DNA from: Trypethelium eluteriae
Lineage: Eukaryota
NCBI GenBank assembly: GCA_051942245.1
Contig: JAVECL010000010.1
Coordinates: 1 to 64,000 of the forward strand
DNA length: 64,000 nt
Direction of reading: 5' to 3'
Part shown: piece by piece, positions 62,143 through 64,000 of the stretch
How positions within the stretch are numbered: the stretch's first letter is position 1
Layout: every line of letters starts with the position of its first letter
The notes under the pieces: model-generated
Told to the model about the DNA's origin: nothing
The model's database searches: none
The model's input: only the letters and a program-made list of their open reading frames with translations
Translations under genes and position numbers: made by a program

Positions 62143-62961
62143 GACGGCGAAAAAGATGGAGTTTTGCGAGTGATGGTGAAGACAGCAGCGATGAGAAGAG
62201 CTTTTGGATGATGGAGCTACGTTGCCTGAAAAGGTGGTGTCGGGACCAGCCGAGTATCCCTGCCACCGAATCCTGGGCTGTCTCCGTTAACCTCAACAAG
62301 ACAAAGGCTCTTCATGTCGCGTCAGAAAATGCAAGGCAATGGGTCTGATCAGCTATTAGAAGTCTAAAGTGCCCTTTAAGTGGCACGACGACTTCACGAA
62401 ATGTTCATCAGCTTCGCGGGGATGGATGCTAGGCTCCGCCCTTGTGAAATCAAGCCTCTGCGTTAGACAATGCAGTAGGAAGCCTTGTGGCAGTAGAAAC
62501 AGTGATGGACTTGCAAGGTATTCACAAAGTTGCGCTGTGGTTGTTCCCATGTTTGATGCCATTTCTGAGGACTTAATTGTGGAGTACGCTATGTTCAGTG
62601 ACTTTCTATTTGCACCAACGTTAGCTTTTCCTTTCTTAACTGCTCGACGTTATAATTCCTCTCTTGTGCAGTAAAGTCGCTCGCCAGAACGGCCATCCTC
62701 ATCGCACAGTCTTGTCGTATTCTTCTTCAATAACTCACAATATCCACCGCTCATATGCTCAATGCTTCCGGTTTTCTAGATCAGAAGGTTCTCTCGAGCA
62801 AGCTATCTCGCACAAACCTTTTGCAGTTGACACTTAACTGGAAGCTTTTCGCATCACCAGATCTGTCTTGAAGCGATGACATCTATTGAAGGCATCAAGC
62901 ACCAGAAATTCCGGCAACCAAATACTCTAAGCACGCATGACCGACCTTGAGCGCCACAGCG

Positions 62962-64000
62962 ATGGAAGGTCATAAGATTGACCCATACCATCCAGCGCAC
63001 GCCTCTGAAATTGCTAGCCGAAAAGACAGTGATATGTCAAGCAGTATCGAGCATGGCACGGATCCTCCTGATCACTGTACATCCTTTCCGACAAACCCCG
63101 ATGGCAGTACGCCAAGATCTGGCCACGTCCATCAGTCCCCCGTGCAAAAGCTCAAAATCAAGGTAAGACAACCCACATCAAATGACAAAGAAGCATCCGA
63201 AGCGGTCTCACGGAAAAAACTACGTATCGCGACAACACAGGCAAGCTCTACGCCCCGGCGCAACCCCAACCGATCTCGCCGAAAGCAAGGATCTGCCAAC
63301 GATCACATCGAGCGGAAACACCCACAGAATGTGAGTTACGCTCACATCGACCTCCAAAAATCCCGACGGTGCGATGGCAACCTCGTCAACAAGACCAACG
63401 GTCAGGACTCGAAAATGCCACGGGGACAACCATTCCTAGCCAAGGCACAATCAAGGCTCACTCAACGAACGCTCAAACTTCTCGAACGCGGAGTCCTCCA
63501 ATCTGCGACCGACGCACCACAGATCGACACCGAGGTCGCAGAGGTCCTCTGGCACCTTGCCCAAGAATTCGAGAACCAATGGCATGACGGCACGCCCAAC
63601 CCGCTCGTTCATGACCCAGTCATCCGCGACCACTGCAAACGAACCATTGAGAACCTCCTCAAGGGCGGTGGTCCCGTGGTCAACAGCATGATTCCTACTA
63701 TCGAGTCCCGCAAGCTGTCGCAACTGTACTACAATTTGATCAGGCTTTCCGAGAAGGAATCTAAGAATGGCTCCGGGAATAATATGAGAGTGGCAGCGCG
63801 TGAAGGCATACAGAGAGGAGAGGCGGGCATGAGTTGGGCTAGTCTACCTGGAATGCGCTTCCGGTTCGGGGGGGAGGCATCCGGGTCATCCTCGATGGAT
63901 TTTAGAGCATTTCCTGCACGCAAAGCTGCTGAAGATGGAGAAGGTGCAAATGGGGAAGGGGATGTCGAGGAAATGGATGTTGTGGAAAGCGCATCAGTAT
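62962..64000 (+). CDS. Hypothetical protein, partial (runs off the window; absent from the ORF track)
   Basis: Frame from ATG 62962 (MEGHKIDPYH...) is stop-free for 346 codons to the window end. Basic NLS-like patches, then a helical-looking region (EVAEVLWHLAQEFENQW). Confidence 0.65.
   Translation, partial: MEGHKIDPYHPAHASEIASRKDSDMSSSIEHGTDPPDHCTSFPTNPDGSTPRSGHVHQSPVQKLKIKVRQPTSNDKEASEAVSRKKLRIATTQASSTPRRNPNRSRRKQGSANDHIERKHPQNVSYAHIDLQKSRRCDGNLVNKTNGQDSKMPRGQPFLAKAQSRLTQRTLKLLERGVLQSATDAPQIDTEVAEVLWHLAQEFENQWHDGTPNPLVHDPVIRDHCKRTIENLLKGGGPVVNSMIPTIESRKLSQLYYNLIRLSEKESKNGSGNNMRVAAREGIQRGEAGMSWASLPGMRFRFGGEASGSSSMDFRAFPARKAAEDGEGANGEGDVEEMDVVESASV

Noticed and set aside
63729..63923. Minus-strand PPNRKRIP resembling the start of a Zn2Cys6 domain
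   Set aside because: No cysteine cluster follows in any plausible splice, and the + strand has a 346-codon open frame.
1..64000. tRNA, 5S rRNA or snRNA genes
   Set aside because: No cloverleaf with A/B boxes or rRNA signature recognised by eye; tRNAscan-SE or Infernal would be needed to exclude them.

Overview
Eukaryotic DNA from a filamentous ascomycete (Pezizomycotina). The evidence is short GT-AG introns with CTRAC/CTAAT branch sites, fungal gene families and a RIP-like AT-rich transposon island. About 20 genes or gene models are present. These include a PIN-like protein, a 3-repeat Myb transcription factor, and a compact catabolic trio (beta-hydroxyacid dehydrogenase, carboxymuconolactone decarboxylase-like protein, MBL-fold lactonase). 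There is a SesB-like hydrolase-NACHT-ankyrin NLR with one in-frame TAG at a Trp position, a lysophospholipid acyltransferase with a long repeat-bearing tail, SSADH and an S8 protease. Further genes are two inverted single-pass membrane paralogs, an F-box-like protein, a beta-lactamase-family esterase, PIG-S/Gpi17, a signal-peptide-bearing FMN alpha-hydroxyacid oxidase and OST Swp1. Mobile DNA comprises two TA-flanked MITE families and a pogo/Fot1-like element containing both a solo LTR and a second pogo/Fot1-like element. A 4-copy ~160 bp tandem repeat looks like a duplicated micro-exon plus intron unit. All exon boundaries and family calls were made by eye, without database searches.
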